A stretch of DNA of 63,461 nt, filler included, from Perkinsus chesapeaki ATCC PRA-425 (GCA_013115145.1; 15 parts of 15 records of this genome joined end to end with filler, not necessarily neighbours in it); one strand, 5' to 3'. Positions 1-12,954 are shown, numbered from the whole stretch's first letter. Notes: generated by a model not told the origin, from the letters alone. A program made the numbers and translations.

Positions 1-73
1 GCAGTTACTGCAACATAGGAGACCTAGCCAACTGCATTGCAGTTACTGCAACATAGGAGACCTAGCCAACTGC
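1..73. repeat. 38-bp direct repeat, about 2 copies, with internal palindromes
   Basis: GCAGTTACTGCAACATAGGAGACCTAGCCAACTGC occurs at 1-35 and at 39-73. It sits at the window edge. Confidence 0.85.
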
Positions 74-698
74 TCCGGAAGAACTGCTCCGGAAATTCCA
101 AGTTGAAATCACCTTCGGCGTCAGCCAGTCTGGCTTGCTTGATGCAAGCTCCATATCTTTCAAACTTGCGAGTCTAAGCCACCAGCGCGATTGCTATTAG
201 ACTACAGCCCGACGAAATGAGATAGAATGTTCCGCATTATTTCGATTTGTCAGTCAGTATTGAGTGTTAAACTTTTTAACTTTAAGACTTCAAACATGAG
301 TACTAGGACGAATAAGAACAGCATTACATTTTACAGATGGACCGCTTCATGATTACCCATACAGATAGTATCTTGGATGTAGATATCTGGGCGCGCGAAC
401 TCCATAGCGCACGCAGAACCCACGCAATGTTGTACGTTATTTATTCTGATAAGCTGTCCGCAATCGTTGATTGACATCGTCTGCAATGGTACGATCAGCT
501 TATATATATCTCGAAATATCAGTCGAAGCGGTCATTGAATGACCATTATTTCCACTCCGCCCAGGGCTCCTGGCCCAGGAGCTCCTCCCTCGTACGACGT
601 ACGTTAGCGTAACCGCTAAAATTTCGCCTCGCACATTGAACAGTAAGATCCGCACAACCGAATATCAGAATACATCTGCGAGACTACTTCATATTAGC

Positions 699-1048
699 AT
701 GAGAATTCCCGAAGTATCCACCACTATTCTGTATTTGGTGCAGCGTATTCTGCAACGCGCATGGTTATGCGCAGGTGCTCTGCCGCCTAGGACAGTAGAC
801 TTCCCCATCAAACTGGCTGAGAACCGATCTTTGGTGGAGTTGGTCTTTGATGGTCAGCGAGTGAGAGTCCTCCCCGATACCGGTGGGGCTAAAACTTATG
901 CCCTGTACGAGGATGCATTTGGGGCATCAACATGCCGTACCTTCGCTGCTGGTTGTTACTCCTGTCTCGGTGATACTTGTGCAGAGAGCAGCAAAATAAA
1001 CCGGACTACCAGATTTGCAGATGGAACTGCTTTCACCTACTTCCGCCA
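699..1048 (+). CDS. Secreted pepsin-like (A1) aspartic protease-like protein, 5' part, cut by contig end
   Basis: ATG at 699, a hydrophobic N-terminus, then VELVFDGQRVRVLPDTGG, which resembles the first D-T-G catalytic motif, and a downstream Cys cluster. Confidence 0.55.
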
Positions 1049-1092
1049 NNNNNNNNNNNNNNNNNNNNNNNNNNNNNNNNNNNNNNNNNNNN

Positions 1093-1104
1093 TTAATTAA
1101 TTAA
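1093..1104. other. Artificial contig-joining linker (N-run, TTAATTAATTAA, N-run), the first of 14
   Basis: The same 12-mer with stops in all frames starts at 1093, 3079, 7241, 9222, 12165, 17370, 18974, 21142, 35140, 52288, 57337, 58703, 59949 and 61106. Plain N gaps without the linker lie at about 4276-4372 and 5704-5800. Adjacency across a linker is not biological. Confidence 0.97.
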
Positions 1105-1148
1105 NNNNNNNNNNNNNNNNNNNNNNNNNNNNNNNNNNNNNNNNNNNN

Positions 1149-3034
1149 CCTTCTTGTAGTACACCTTGAACTTGAACTGGGACATGCTGATGAGCCAACG
1201 CTGCACCTTCGGAGTAGTAGCAGTCTGGATCCATTCCAGGGGCTTGTGGTCAGAAAAGACAACTAGCTCTAGATGGTAACCCCAGAGAAGCGGTCTAAAC
1301 CGCTCCAAGGCCTTGAAGATGGCGTAAGCCTCCCGCTCATACACCGGCCAGACCTTTTGGGTGAGCGTTAGAGACTGGCTGAAGAACGCTAAGGGGCGTC
1401 CATCCTGCTCCAACACCGCTCCAATGGCCACATCACTGGCGTCGGTCATGAGCTGGAAAGGTCGCGAGAAGTCAGGGTAGGCCAACAAGGGAAGGCTAGC
1501 TATCCACTGCTTCAGGTCATTGAAGGCTAGTTCCTCCGCCTTGCCCCACTGGCTCCCGAGCTCCACGATCTTGTTCTTGGTACAGTAATTCACGGCTTCA
1601 TAGAGACACCGAGACCTGTCCGCAAAGTGCGGGACAAAGTTCCTATAGTATCCCGCCAGCCCTAAGAAGGACCTAAGGGCCGGGGCAGTCCGGGGCATAG
1701 GCCAGCGCAAGATAACCTCCACCTTGCCCAAGTCGGGACTCATACCAGTACTGTCGAACATGTGACCTAGATATGTCACCCTGTCCTCCATAAACTCGCA
1801 CTTCTCAGCGGCCACGGTCATACCAGCTGCACGTAGAAGTTCGAAGACGATCCTTAGATGCTCAAGATGTTCCTCGGTAGATCTGCTGAAAATCAGGACG
1901 TCATCCAGGTACACTCTCACAAAAGGAAGGTGCCCCAGGATAGCATCCATCAGACGCTGAAAAGTAGCTGGGGCGCCGGCCAGTCCAAATGGCATCATCA
2001 CCCACTCGTACAGTGGGAAGCCTGGGCCAGGACAGAAAGCGGTCTTCCGCTGGTCCTCCTTACGCACCGGGATCTGCCAATAACCACTCCTCAAATCGAG
2101 GGTCGAGAATACTTGCGCGCCGGCTAGGTGCTCCTGCACGTCATCTGGCCGGGGCACTGGGTACGCCTCAGTATGGCATGCTTTGTTGAGGTTCCTGTAG
2201 TCAATACACATTCTCACTTTACCATTCTTTTTCGGGACGAAGACGCAGGGGAACCTCCATGCAGACGTACTTCTTCTTATAACACCCATCTCCTCCATCT
2301 CTTTCAGTAGAGACGAAATCTCCTCACGATACTTGTGTGGGATAGGCCTTATCCTCTCGCAAATAGGGGGAGCCGTACCAGTCTCGACCGAGTGTTCGGC
2401 TTGATTACAACGACCCGGACGTAGAACAAAGAGGTCCTTGAACTCCTCACATAAGTTAGCAACCGGCAACTGCTCCTCTGTAGGGCTCTCACATATGTCC
2501 GGTAGCTTAACCGTCTCGTCCAGAAACTCCGGGACAGCGAACCGTAGAGGGTCTTGGCATATATCATCTCCTTCTAGACCATCCACGTGCTCCCAACCCG
2601 GTGGGGGCCATTCTTCACCGTCAATCAGCTCTCTACCTCTCGGCTTAGACGTGCTGGGGACTCTAGCCTGTAGTTCGGCCGGGAGCTTCAAGTTGGCCTT
2701 CTCTAGCTCTTCATTAGTCATGAGTGGCCCATCCGCTCTCAGTCCAGCACACCCAGTCGGGGCAGAGCAAATATCACAAGGGTGATCGAAGGTAAAGACA
2801 TCCAAGTGGGCAAATGCCGCAGCGCATCCCACACAATAATGCTCGGGCTCTCTCGCGAAGTCGACCTCCCTTTCTTCCTCGGGACAAGGTTTATCATATA
2901 TCCCCTTGGCCGGGGCAATTACAGCATCGTTCGGCGCCTCAGCAACGGCCTTGTCCTCAATCATGACCTCTTTCGGTACCTCAGTTTCGGCCTTGTTCTC
3001 AACCAAGAGCTCTTCCGTCTGGCTTCCACTGTTC
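1149..3034 (-). mobile_element. Ty3/gypsy LTR retrotransposon pol (RT and RNase H), open across the whole contig
   Basis: RT motifs VPKKNGKVRMCIDYRNLN, LDLRSGYWQI, MPFGLAGAPATFQR and YLDD. RNase H motifs TDASDVAIGAVL, YEREAYAI and SDHKPL. No internal stop codon. Confidence 0.96.
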
Positions 3035-3135
3035 NNNNNNNNNNNNNNNNNNNNNNNNNNNNNNNNNNNNNNNNNNNNTTAATTAATTAANNNNNNNNNN
3101 NNNNNNNNNNNNNNNNNNNNNNNNNNNNNNNNNNG

Positions 3136-5114
3136 ATGTCAGGTCCTCTACAAGACCGCATGGAGGTTATCAGATTATCTGGATATGACACTCCTGAAAA
3201 AATACAAATTGCTCAACAGTACTTGATACCAAAAGCGATCACTTCTAATGGTCTTGAAAACCAGAAGGTTTGTGTATTGGTCATAGCGCCCCTAGCAAAA
3301 AAGTTCACAGGTAGAGATGACCGACAAGGCAACAGAATCCCTAATACGAGGATACTGTAGAGAGGCTGGCGTGAGGAACTTGGAGAAGCATGTTGATAAA
3401 ATAATGCGCAAGTTGAGCTACAAAGTGGCAAAGGTTAAAGAGGAAAGGTGAGCGGAGTACATGACAGTATTAGTGTTATGGACCACTGACACGTGATGTA
3501 TGCGACAAACACGGCATTCTTCACTTCTGTTACCGTATGCCGACCAGTGTGTATTCTTCGAGTTATTATAGTCAATAGATACTGTATTCAATAGTCAATA
3601 GTCAGTCTCTAATTCATTTATGAGAGTCAGTCCCGAATCCTTGTTGATGATGGGGGTTACACCCGCGGAGTATGGCGTTACAATCTCTCTTGCTTGCCAT
3701 CATATCGACCGATTTGGCCAGTCCTCTCTGGATGACGCCCTCCCTTCTGCTTGCCTCTAATATATTGAAATTTTAATACTGACGCTTACATCGTGTTTTC
3801 AGCTTATAGGCTTGGAAGAATAGTCACTGAGATGTTTGATAGGTTGTCTGAGGAGGTGGGAGCTAAGCACCCAGAAGAAGTAAAGGTCGATGGAGGTGAC
3901 CAAGAAAAGGAGGAAGATGGCCAGCGAGAAGAGGCGCTGAAGTGGGACCCGACTAAAGAGACTGGTTGTGATATGCTGAATAAACAAGTGAGAAAGGCGG
4001 GTCTGCTCCTCCAGTAGCTTGCTTTGAACTGATGGATGATATCTCTGTGCATCCATTGGCTTATTTGACGCCTCAGGTCCCTGAAGACGTTGATTGCATA
4101 ATAACCCCAGAGCGTTTGGTTGATCTTGTGGGGAAGCCAGCCTTCACTACTGAGAGGCTTTTTGAAGGTCGGTACCTCGGCAAAACGGCGTGTCTACTGT
4201 GTTCACGCCTCATCGGAGCTGTTGTCAATTACCACGTTCAATCGTGCGAACATTCGTCAGAATTTATGTTGGAGANNNNNNNNNNNNNNNNNNNNNNNNN
4301 NNNNNNNNNNNNNNNNNNNNNNNNNNNNNNNNNNNNNNNNNNNNNNNNNNNNNNNNNNNNNNNNNNNNNNNNGTCCTAGTAGCGATAGTAAAGCTGCGTT
4401 GGAGATAACCGGCCAACTTGGTAAGGTTATGTCCGAGTCTACTAAAATAGCATTGACGGTTGCCAAAAAGGTAAGTTAGCCTTTTCTGGCCTTATGCAAA
4501 CCTTCGATGCATTCAGGTTGTTAACTCAGTTCAACCCGACTCTAAGTTTTTCGACACTTCTTCGATACATTTACATTTCCCGGAAGGCGCTACTCCCAAG
4601 GATGGCCCTTCCGCAGGTGTTACCATTGCCACTGCGTTATGCTCTTTGGTACGCGTGTCGGCTCAGTCCTCACTTATCATGCACCATTCGTCTTCAGGCG
4701 CTTAATCGTTCTGTTAAGGACAATTTAGCGATGACGGGCGAGCTCTCGTTGAGCGGTACGGCTCCTCTATTTCCATTCCGAGCTAGCGCCGATGTCAGGT
4801 CTGGTTCTCCCGATTGGAGGCGTGAAAGAGAAGGCAATTGCGGCGGTCCGGGCTGGCGTCACTACTCTTTGTTTGCCTTTGCAAAACAAACACGATGCTG
4901 TCGAATTGCCAGAGTAGCATTCCCCACTGAGTTGTCGTCCTCTATAGTGTTGCACGCCAGGTATTTGAGGAGAAATCTTACCATTTGCTTCGTACGGAAT
5001 TTTGATGAAGTGGCGCACATTGCGCTCGGAGTTGGATCTCCGGCTCTCGAAACTGAGATCCTCAAGCCTACTAATTGCAGCAAGGCTTCAGCTGATCGCT
5101 CCGTCGGGGTATGA
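3136..5114 (+). CDS. lon: Lon protease, C-terminal part, multi-exon and 5'-truncated
   Basis: [16 protein letters not shown] marks the end of the AAA+ domain. Then [31 protein letters not shown] (catalytic Ser), [10 protein letters not shown] and [11 protein letters not shown] (catalytic Lys). GT-AG introns such as 4471-4516 keep the frame. Stop at 5112-5114. Confidence 0.95.
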
Positions 5115-6209
5115 GCTTTTACCTCCCTTTCAAGGTTGTCTGTTTACGTTCATTTACCATTGCTTTACACAAAGTACGCTTGCACGTTCGGGATAACTTG
5201 TTACGTGTGCACTTGTTTCAATTCATCGCGTTGATGTAGGCCTCGTGTTTGATGGTAACCGGGGAAATCATCACCAGCCTGGCGACATTCACTATGCTGT
5301 TTCCGCTGCTTTCTGAATTTTTCTCGTGAAAACTCCTAAGTGCAAAACACTCCATCGCCCAAAGGCTACAAGGAGAATCAACACGTGTCATTGTTAAGTA
5401 GAAACAGCAGCAATTCGAGAACAACGCAATTAGGGAAAACGAGAAGAGGACGATCCTACTCTTCAGTCGTCGCGGTAAGTTCAAACGTAACACTATGATA
5501 GTAATCGTAACCCAATTTCTCTAGGGTGTGTGTAGTTTCCTCGAGAGTCTGCAACCCAGACTGCTTTCGCCTGCTTCTACAGACCAATTGAAGAAACTTC
5601 ACGATCAATACCTTACCTATCACGTGCCGTACTTATGAATGATAAGCTCTGAGTGAAGGCTACCTCAGTAGCTATGAGTGATGACATGTGAGCAACGCGT
5701 TGANNNNNNNNNNNNNNNNNNNNNNNNNNNNNNNNNNNNNNNNNNNNNNNNNNNNNNNNNNNNNNNNNNNNNNNNNNNNNNNNNNNNNNNNNNNNNNNNA
5801 CAAGCATCGCAGTTCAGTACAAAGCCGTGGAAAATGATAAGAAAACTCTTGTAGAGGCATACTAGTAGCCTGTCAGAGAAGACGCCATAGTGTCCATACG
5901 GCGTATGGTGTACGAGACTCTAGCCTCGTAAGGTTTCATAGAACTTACTGTATATAGTAGCAGTTTCTAATAGAAATAACAGTCATTCAGGGTGGGTAAT
6001 TGACTACGATCGTTACGTCAAGATACGACACGAATACAATACTATGCCGTTGTACATTGTCAAGTACACTGCCACAGCATCATCTACGTCTTCAGCAGTC
6101 TCCTCACAAGAGGTAGAACTGCACCGTGTCGATGCGGACAAAAAAATAGGAAACGTATCGTAGTGAACAATATAGGCCAATCATCGTACCAGTTATTAGT
6201 TTGACGCAC

Positions 6210-7154
6210 TTATAGTTCCTCATGAAAGAACTTAAAAATGGTTCGTGTCGCACTGAAGCGGCCGCGGTTTCCATTTCTCATCGGCCAGTCATGTCCAAAA
6301 CCCTTCACTGAAGCCAGGTAAGCTCGATTACCCGGATGGCAATCATCATATCCTTCAATCAGAGCATCCCCGCGCTTCCCGACTCGCTTCCTCTTTCTCA
6401 TATCACATATCAATCTCCTGGCCCATCTTACGAAGTCGCTTCTCACCGATGGGTACTGCAGAAATGGATGCTCAAAGTCAGATCCGCCTTTATAGGGTAC
6501 ATATTTATCGTCCCTACCGTGTATTTTAATGATTTTGCGCACCTTCCCAGGAGTGGCATCAAAGACATCGTCACATTTTTTGTATCCCTTCTTGAGTCCA
6601 GGCTCGAGAGTCAAAATACCACCAACAGAAGCGACTTGCGACACGACATTGTAACATAACAAAGCCTCGGCCAGCATTCCACCATTATCGTGACCAATTG
6701 CATAGACCGGCAGACTACCCACACCTAGAGACTTTGTGACCACCGGAATGATCTGCCTCACGAAGTCAATGTCGTCAACCGACTTGTTGGATTGGCAACA
6801 GGTACCAGCATTGTAACCCCATCCTCCAATGAGTGAGCCCGGACTTTTCAGGGGACACGGTGTTACGAGGAGAGCCTTATACTTCTTGGCTAGGACTCTG
6901 ATACCCAAAGCGTCCGAATCCTTATGCCACAGTTCACAAATGTCTAAATCTGGAACATATCCAACCAGAGTAAAGATGACGGATCTCGGCTTAGCTGTCC
7001 CTGAGTACGTCCAGAACTCGCGGACTCTTCCTTGGTGGAGAAGAGTTGAGTGTCGGTCAGTCCAATCATCAGGGTTGCTCGGGATGTCGGCCTTGGCACC
7101 ATAAGCACTGATCCATAACCCAAGGGCTGCTAGAAGTATAGTTGGATAGGACAT
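6210..7154 (-). CDS. Secreted LpqC/PHB-depolymerase-family alpha/beta hydrolase, intronless, with Asp at the nucleophile position
   Basis: Signal peptide MSYPTILLAALGLWISAYG. Family motifs YNAGTCC..DDIDFV, GHDNGGMLA, IHGRDDKYVPYKGG and GFGHDWP. Confidence 0.85.
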   Translation of the reverse strand: MSYPTILLAALGLWISAYGAKADIPSNPDDWTDRHSTLLHQGRVREFWTYSGTAKPRSVIFTLVGYVPDLDICELWHKDSDALGIRVLAKKYKALLVTPCPLKSPGSLIGGWGYNAGTCCQSNKSVDDIDFVRQIIPVVTKSLGVGSLPVYAIGHDNGGMLAEALLCYNVVSQVASVGGILTLEPGLKKGYKKCDDVFDATPGKVRKIIKIHGRDDKYVPYKGGSDFEHPFLQYPSVRSDFVRWARRLICDMRKRKRVGKRGDALIEGYDDCHPGNRAYLASVKGFGHDWPMRNGNRGRFSATRTIFKFFHEEL

Positions 7155-8144
7155 GCTGAGGAGCAAAAATGAAGGGGGCTACAACAAACCGAACAGNNNN
7201 NNNNNNNNNNNNNNNNNNNNNNNNNNNNNNNNNNNNNNNNTTAATTAATTAANNNNNNNNNNNNNNNNNNNNNNNNNNNNNNNNNNNNNNNNNNNNCATG
7301 CGTGCAACCGAAACATAGCTCAGCGCAATCGTCCTCTCGCTGTTTCCGATGTCGCCAGCCCCAGTATATGATATACTGTATATCGCCTAGACCCCCGGTC
7401 TAGTGGCAGAAAAGCATTTGCCCACCCGTCCCGCCCTGTTGCTCTTCAGGCATTTCTCTGGAAATGCGACATCTGGGAAGGGACGGCCCGCCCCGTCCCG
7501 GACGGGGCACCATCGGCGATGATCCATCGCACGAGTGATCCTGCCCCTGACCAGCATGTCCCATCGCCCACTTTGGCGACGACTTTAAAATTAGCGAGGA
7601 AACGAATTTGATTCGACAGTTTTCTACGATGTTTAAATCGGGGCAAAATCCGTATGAAATTTATACTGTAAATTGTTTGAACAAACTTTGATTTGACGGG
7701 AAAATGGTGTAGTAGGCTACTATAAATCATAGTATTACCATCTATGTGGGTAAATCCGAGTTTAGCCTAAACCGTTTAGGAAAAATCGGGAGATTTGTCC
7801 GTAGCCCGGCTACAGACAAGTTTCGTCGCTAGCGCGCGCCTTGCCGATCGATTCCTGACGTATCAGAACTGTGTGCCGAGTAGTACGGATTTAGCGCGAT
7901 TAATCGTGTTGAAGATGATCTTTTCATTCCCGTCATTTTTGGCCAACTCTATTAGGTAGTGCCTTTATTTTTGCGGGCCTTTGTTGTATGGTCGAATTGG
8001 ATATTGGCTAGAGTGGTAGTCGTAGTCCTATCTGGGATAGCCTGGTGCTGCTGTCTTGCTCATCGATGCTTATTAGTTGGAATTTTATCCGTTTTCCTGT
8101 TCCTTCTATATAATATATCATTCAACAACTTCACTTAATAGAGC

Positions 8145-9177
8145 ATGTCTTACGGCGGTTACTGCCCAATTGGTAGTGAATGCAGTTCAGCAAGTAAATG
8201 CGCTGAAGGATCATTATTTGAGCAATCAACTCAAAATGGTATATGTGTAGAATGTGGAGCTGATGTCATTAAAGCTGGATATTATTGTATTAATGGTGTA
8301 AGTGATGTTTGTCCGCCGGGTTATTATTGCCCATACGATGATACAAGTGGACCTATACCATGTCCAGAGGGTTATTTCTGTAAACAAGGTTTTGCACAAC
8401 CTGTATCATGTCCATGGTTCTCCGAATGCCCACGAGGAGCAACTAATCAGATACCAGCTTGGGGTGCTATATTTATTATAGTTATTATTGGTATTATAGT
8501 GGCAGGGTTTAGTATCTGGCTTTGGCTTTATCGTAGGCAAAAAGAGAGAAAAGCTACTTTACAGGGAGCAGCTCATCAGCGGACTACTGAGATATATAAC
8601 AGTGTTGTTCAAGCTTTAACTGGCGTATATTTACAATCTCAAAGGATGCAGGGATTTACTAATGATATTAAATACACTCCTGTGGATATACGATTTGAAC
8701 ATTTATCAATGACTCTTAAATGGGGTACTAGAAAACAGATTCTCCAAGATGTTACCGGTGAATTTCCAGCTGGTTCATTAACAGCAGTTATGGGACCATC
8801 TGGTGGTGGTAAAACAACGTTCATGAATGCTTTATCGAATAGGGCACCATATGGAGATGTTACCGGTAAAATATGGGTAAATGGGTTTGAGGGCAATTTC
8901 GGGGAATATCCTAAACAAGTTGGATTTGTACCACAAGATGATATTATGTTTGATCGTCTTACTGTATATCAAAATCTCTATTATTCTGCTATGGTTCGAT
9001 TACCGGAAGATATGCCACGAGAAAAGAAATTAAAGATTATTGAAGATGTGATTCAAGTGTTAGATCTTGAACAGGTTCGACATACAGTTGTAGGATCTCC
9101 TGGAAAAAGAGGTATTTCTGGTGGACAGAAAAAGCGTGTTAATATTGGTATCGAATTGGTGGCATATCCTCGTGTAT
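8145..9177 (+). CDS. ABCG-type transporter with an N-terminal Cys-rich domain and TM helix, 3'-truncated
   Basis: CPPGYYCP and CPEGYFC repeats, TM segment AIFIIVIIGIIVAGFSIWLWL, Walker A GPSGGGKTT, Q-loop GFVPQDD and signature ISGGQKKRVNIG. Confidence 0.93.
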
Positions 9178-11875
9178 NNNNNNNNNNNNNNNNNNNNNNN
9201 NNNNNNNNNNNNNNNNNNNNNTTAATTAATTAANNNNNNNNNNNNNNNNNNNNNNNNNNNNNNNNNNNNNNNNNNNNTCGCCCTGCTAAGCTATAAAGAA
9301 TTAGAAGTAGTGCCCGCGTAAGGAATTTAGTGATGCATTCAGTTTGAGCGAATTATTCTGCGCAGCTCTGGGCGCGCGCTAAAGCTTCGAATACGACATA
9401 TTTTAGACAAATTGCGGTACGAAGTGAAACGGTGCTCCAGAAGCTCCGCAAATGTCGGAAGACAAGATCTGCCTATGAGACATATGTCGATTGTGCAGCT
9501 TTTGACAAGAAAGCGTACTTGTCCAAAGGAGCCCTGACGGTTTGGGTTGGCCCTGAAATTGGTGAATCGGAATAAATAGCCTGTATGCACTGAAAACAAG
9601 AGCCAATAAACCTGGTAGACCGGTCCACTAAGGATTGGTATAGGTGACAATGGATTATAATAAGATTTAAAAAAGTACAATTAATTTGACCGAGTTCGCC
9701 GTATTAGACGTGATGATGATTTGTTGCGTGTCTCGGCGGTGTATCATATTTTGAGATGATACTATTTCCGAAAGGTCTACTTGGTCAGTGGAGTTCCTGT
9801 ATATCGGAAGCTTGGTGTCGATAAATGTTTACCATAGCAAATACGGTAGAGGACTCTGTACGTTTATAACAATTCGTGGAATGGATTTGATTCGGAACCT
9901 CGACAAATCTTTATGTATCGACGCTTTCAAGGGATATGATGTTATTAATGAGGAGGATATTAATCTGACAAGCATTAACGCTATTTATCGCATACAGCGC
10001 AAACCGTTATGCAAATTTCAAGGTCCACCAGGCCTCCTCGAAGGAGGCGGCGCGAGTGCCTCTTATCTTGTAAGTGTACTCTTCCTCTTCGATAGGCATT
10101 ATGTCAACTCATAGATGAATAACGGTGATCAAACGGTTGGATATTAACTGTAATTAGACTCTATATTATCGTTTATACATTCAGGCTGTTCAGTAAACTT
10201 AATACACTCCAGAATTAATTCTCAGAATCTATTCTTGATTCACTCGTCAGCTTTGATTTAAATCCAGTTGTGGCTTTCACCATGGAAGGTCGGCTCTCCA
10301 TGAGACCGCCCAATTTGCGGCGCCGGCTGCCTATGTTGTGCGTCTGTACATTTTTCATCGGAGGCCTAATCGAGTTTGTAATGTGCACCAGTGGATTCTA
10401 TAACGTCACTTCGGTCAACGTAAGATATTTTCGAGGTTAACAATTTGACCTTGGCAAGATTTCATTTTTAGCAAGGAAAAAAGGAGGCTGAAAAACAGCA
10501 GAAAGGCAGCGATTTCTGGATGAGGGTGAAGGCAAGGCGGCAGGCTCGCGAGGGTACTAGGGGGCTTTTTACGGAACCAATTCACTAGCGACCGAGGGGA
10601 CCGTAGAGACGGAACTGTATGGGATGCAATAATAGAGGAACATTGACGTGACGCTGGTGGCATAGTTAGGAGCTTGATTACTGGAGACACGTTATAGCGT
10701 TATTTATATTGCAGCGCTATATAAGAATCTGAGATGAAGCGAGGCAGAATGAATGTGCCATTTCGAGCTTCCTTATGGTAGCCTTGGACAGTATTTCCTA
10801 CCAAAATTGCGGTATCTCCTCCGTATTAGGAGCACGTCTTGTTGTGCATTCTCAAGTGACAGACTCGCTGATTTCATAATAAACTTATTGCCACCGATTA
10901 ATATGGTTCATTATTATTGATAGCTAATTATACTTGTTGCGCTTTAACAGCCCTAACTTGGATTTATACCCACAGCATCGCTCCATCTTTCCTCCAAGTA
11001 AATTTCTGTCATAAGTCCGTTCACAAGCACGGAGGATTGCATTTCGATCGATACTGCTGTTCTAGTGTCAACGGCTTAAAAATCGTCCGCACTGTCGGGT
11101 GGCTTGAGCGGCGGATAGATTAATTAGTTCTTGAGACATACTCTTCTCGAGAAATCAGCTTCCAAACAAAAACCTTTTTCCGCCGATACTTTTCCATGCG
11201 TTTCTTTCAGCGGCCGGTTTGATCTATGATGACGGTGAAGTCCCGAAGGAATAATAATGCTTCTCATGGATGGTAACGTTTCAGTCGACCTATCTATGTT
11301 TTTTTGAGTGCACCGTCAATGACCTTCTCTTGAACGAGAAGAACCAAGATAATTGGCTTCGCTTTTGATTCGGGTTTGACTTGGTCCAAGTCAATACATT
11401 CGGGAGTAAATTGGATTGATTGTTCTCCCCGCTGCAGTGCCTGGATGTCAGCGAATCTCGATCAACAACTGTACAAAAAAGTATAAAAAGCGAATTGAAG
11501 TGAGGCGATTGAAATTGTTCTATTGCAAAGATCGGCCAGCTCGCAAAGATCTGCAACCAGTCCATAGTGAGAATTTCTATAAAATTTGATGATCAGAATT
11601 TTTATATATTTTTTGAAAGTATTCTTCCTTGGAGCACTACGGTAGAACGCAGCAAGGTTGTCGTATCGGAAAAGGAGACAGTTTGTAACACAATCGACCA
11701 GACAGCCTCGCGCTTCAAAGTATACAACGCACAATAACATACTTGGCATCTCGGTTACAGGAAAATGGCTGTTACCATATATTTCCGGTTTGAACTGTCA
11801 AGATGGAATTTCGATTCCCTTCACAGACTTGCCTTGATTCCACTGTCATCGTCGAAGAAATTGGTTTTGTTGTGT

Positions 11876-12058
11876 ATGTTGCTTCTACCACTGTTGATAG
11901 CACTATCGGTCTTCGGAGCTTCAGCGATCGACTCGGCCAAGGAGGAGGTTCAACTTATCGAGAACTTCAATGGGAAGGGAGATCTACTGGTAGTAATGGG
12001 AGGGAGCTTATTGGGGAGGATTAACTATCGATGTGAAGGATGGGAAGTGTATTACTAG
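11876..12058 (+). CDS. Possible small secreted hypothetical protein or first exon
   Basis: MLLLPLLIALSVFGASA resembles a signal peptide. No domain recognised, and it lies near a contig end. Confidence 0.3.
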   Translation: MLLLPLLIALSVFGASAIDSAKEEVQLIENFNGKGDLLVVMGGSLLGRINYRCEGWEVYY

Positions 12059-12954
12059 TGATACGGAGGAGGAGATATAATAGAAAGGAGTTTGATAGGA
12101 AATATGTTACTAGTGATACGNNNNNNNNNNNNNNNNNNNNNNNNNNNNNNNNNNNNNNNNNNNNTTAATTAATTAANNNNNNNNNNNNNNNNNNNNNNNN
12201 NNNNNNNNNNNNNNNNNNNNGCTTAAATTTGACCCAAGGAATATCTAATTTTTTCATTGGGGAGGTACTTTTGCGTATACCAATACGATAAAACTAGGTA
12301 GTGAAGAGCAGCAGCTCAATGCGAAACTGTCAGTTTACACTAAGAGGACAGACGGCATACTGGTAGGTTTGAATTAGTAAAAATATATATACACTTTATG
12401 GCATCATTTTGAATAGCTAACTGCATGTAAATGCGTGCACTATGCACGCGTTCGCATTGGCCAGTTTAGAGAAGTCAACAGGACTATCTGCAGATAAGTT
12501 ATCTGAGATAACGACTGTTCTCTTCGATCATGATATCCTCCCTCTTTAAGAGAAGGTTCCTAGCCATGTTACTGTCATGAATCCTTTTGGTTGTATTCGG
12601 CTTGGCGTCCACGTGCGACGGAAACGAGTGGCCGCGAATGTTAGGCTAACAATGTTAGCTGGTAAGTGAGCCAGCGCCCCATTTCCCATAACTTTCAAAG
12701 AGCCGAGAACATGCTCACACCCCTCCGAGAAGGGTCGAGTAGTTTTGCAGTAAATTGATATAATGGGAAATGCCGTATAACCAGTCATTACCTGGCAGAT
12801 AGCTGGATATCGCCATTTGGTTATCGGGAAAACCGCTAAATGGTAAATCGAATTACCACTTCGCGGGATAACTCTATCGAATATCTCGTACTTACGACAT
12901 GACCAATGCCGTCCAAGATAATATGTGGTAATCGCGATGAGGTAAGGTAAGCGC

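Noticed and set aside
1049-1148. Recurring TTAATTAATTAA between N-runs looks like a regularly interspaced repeat
   Set aside because: It is an assembly linker with stops in all frames. It is not CRISPR or biological, and ORFs ending in LIN or N are artefacts.
1858-3090. Several + strand and alternative-frame ORFs over the gypsy pol
   Set aside because: They are shadows of the real minus-strand ORF and have no independent motifs.
9278-11750. Short ORFs of 60-115 aa
   Set aside because: No motifs or consistent exon chain, so treated as non-coding or unresolved.
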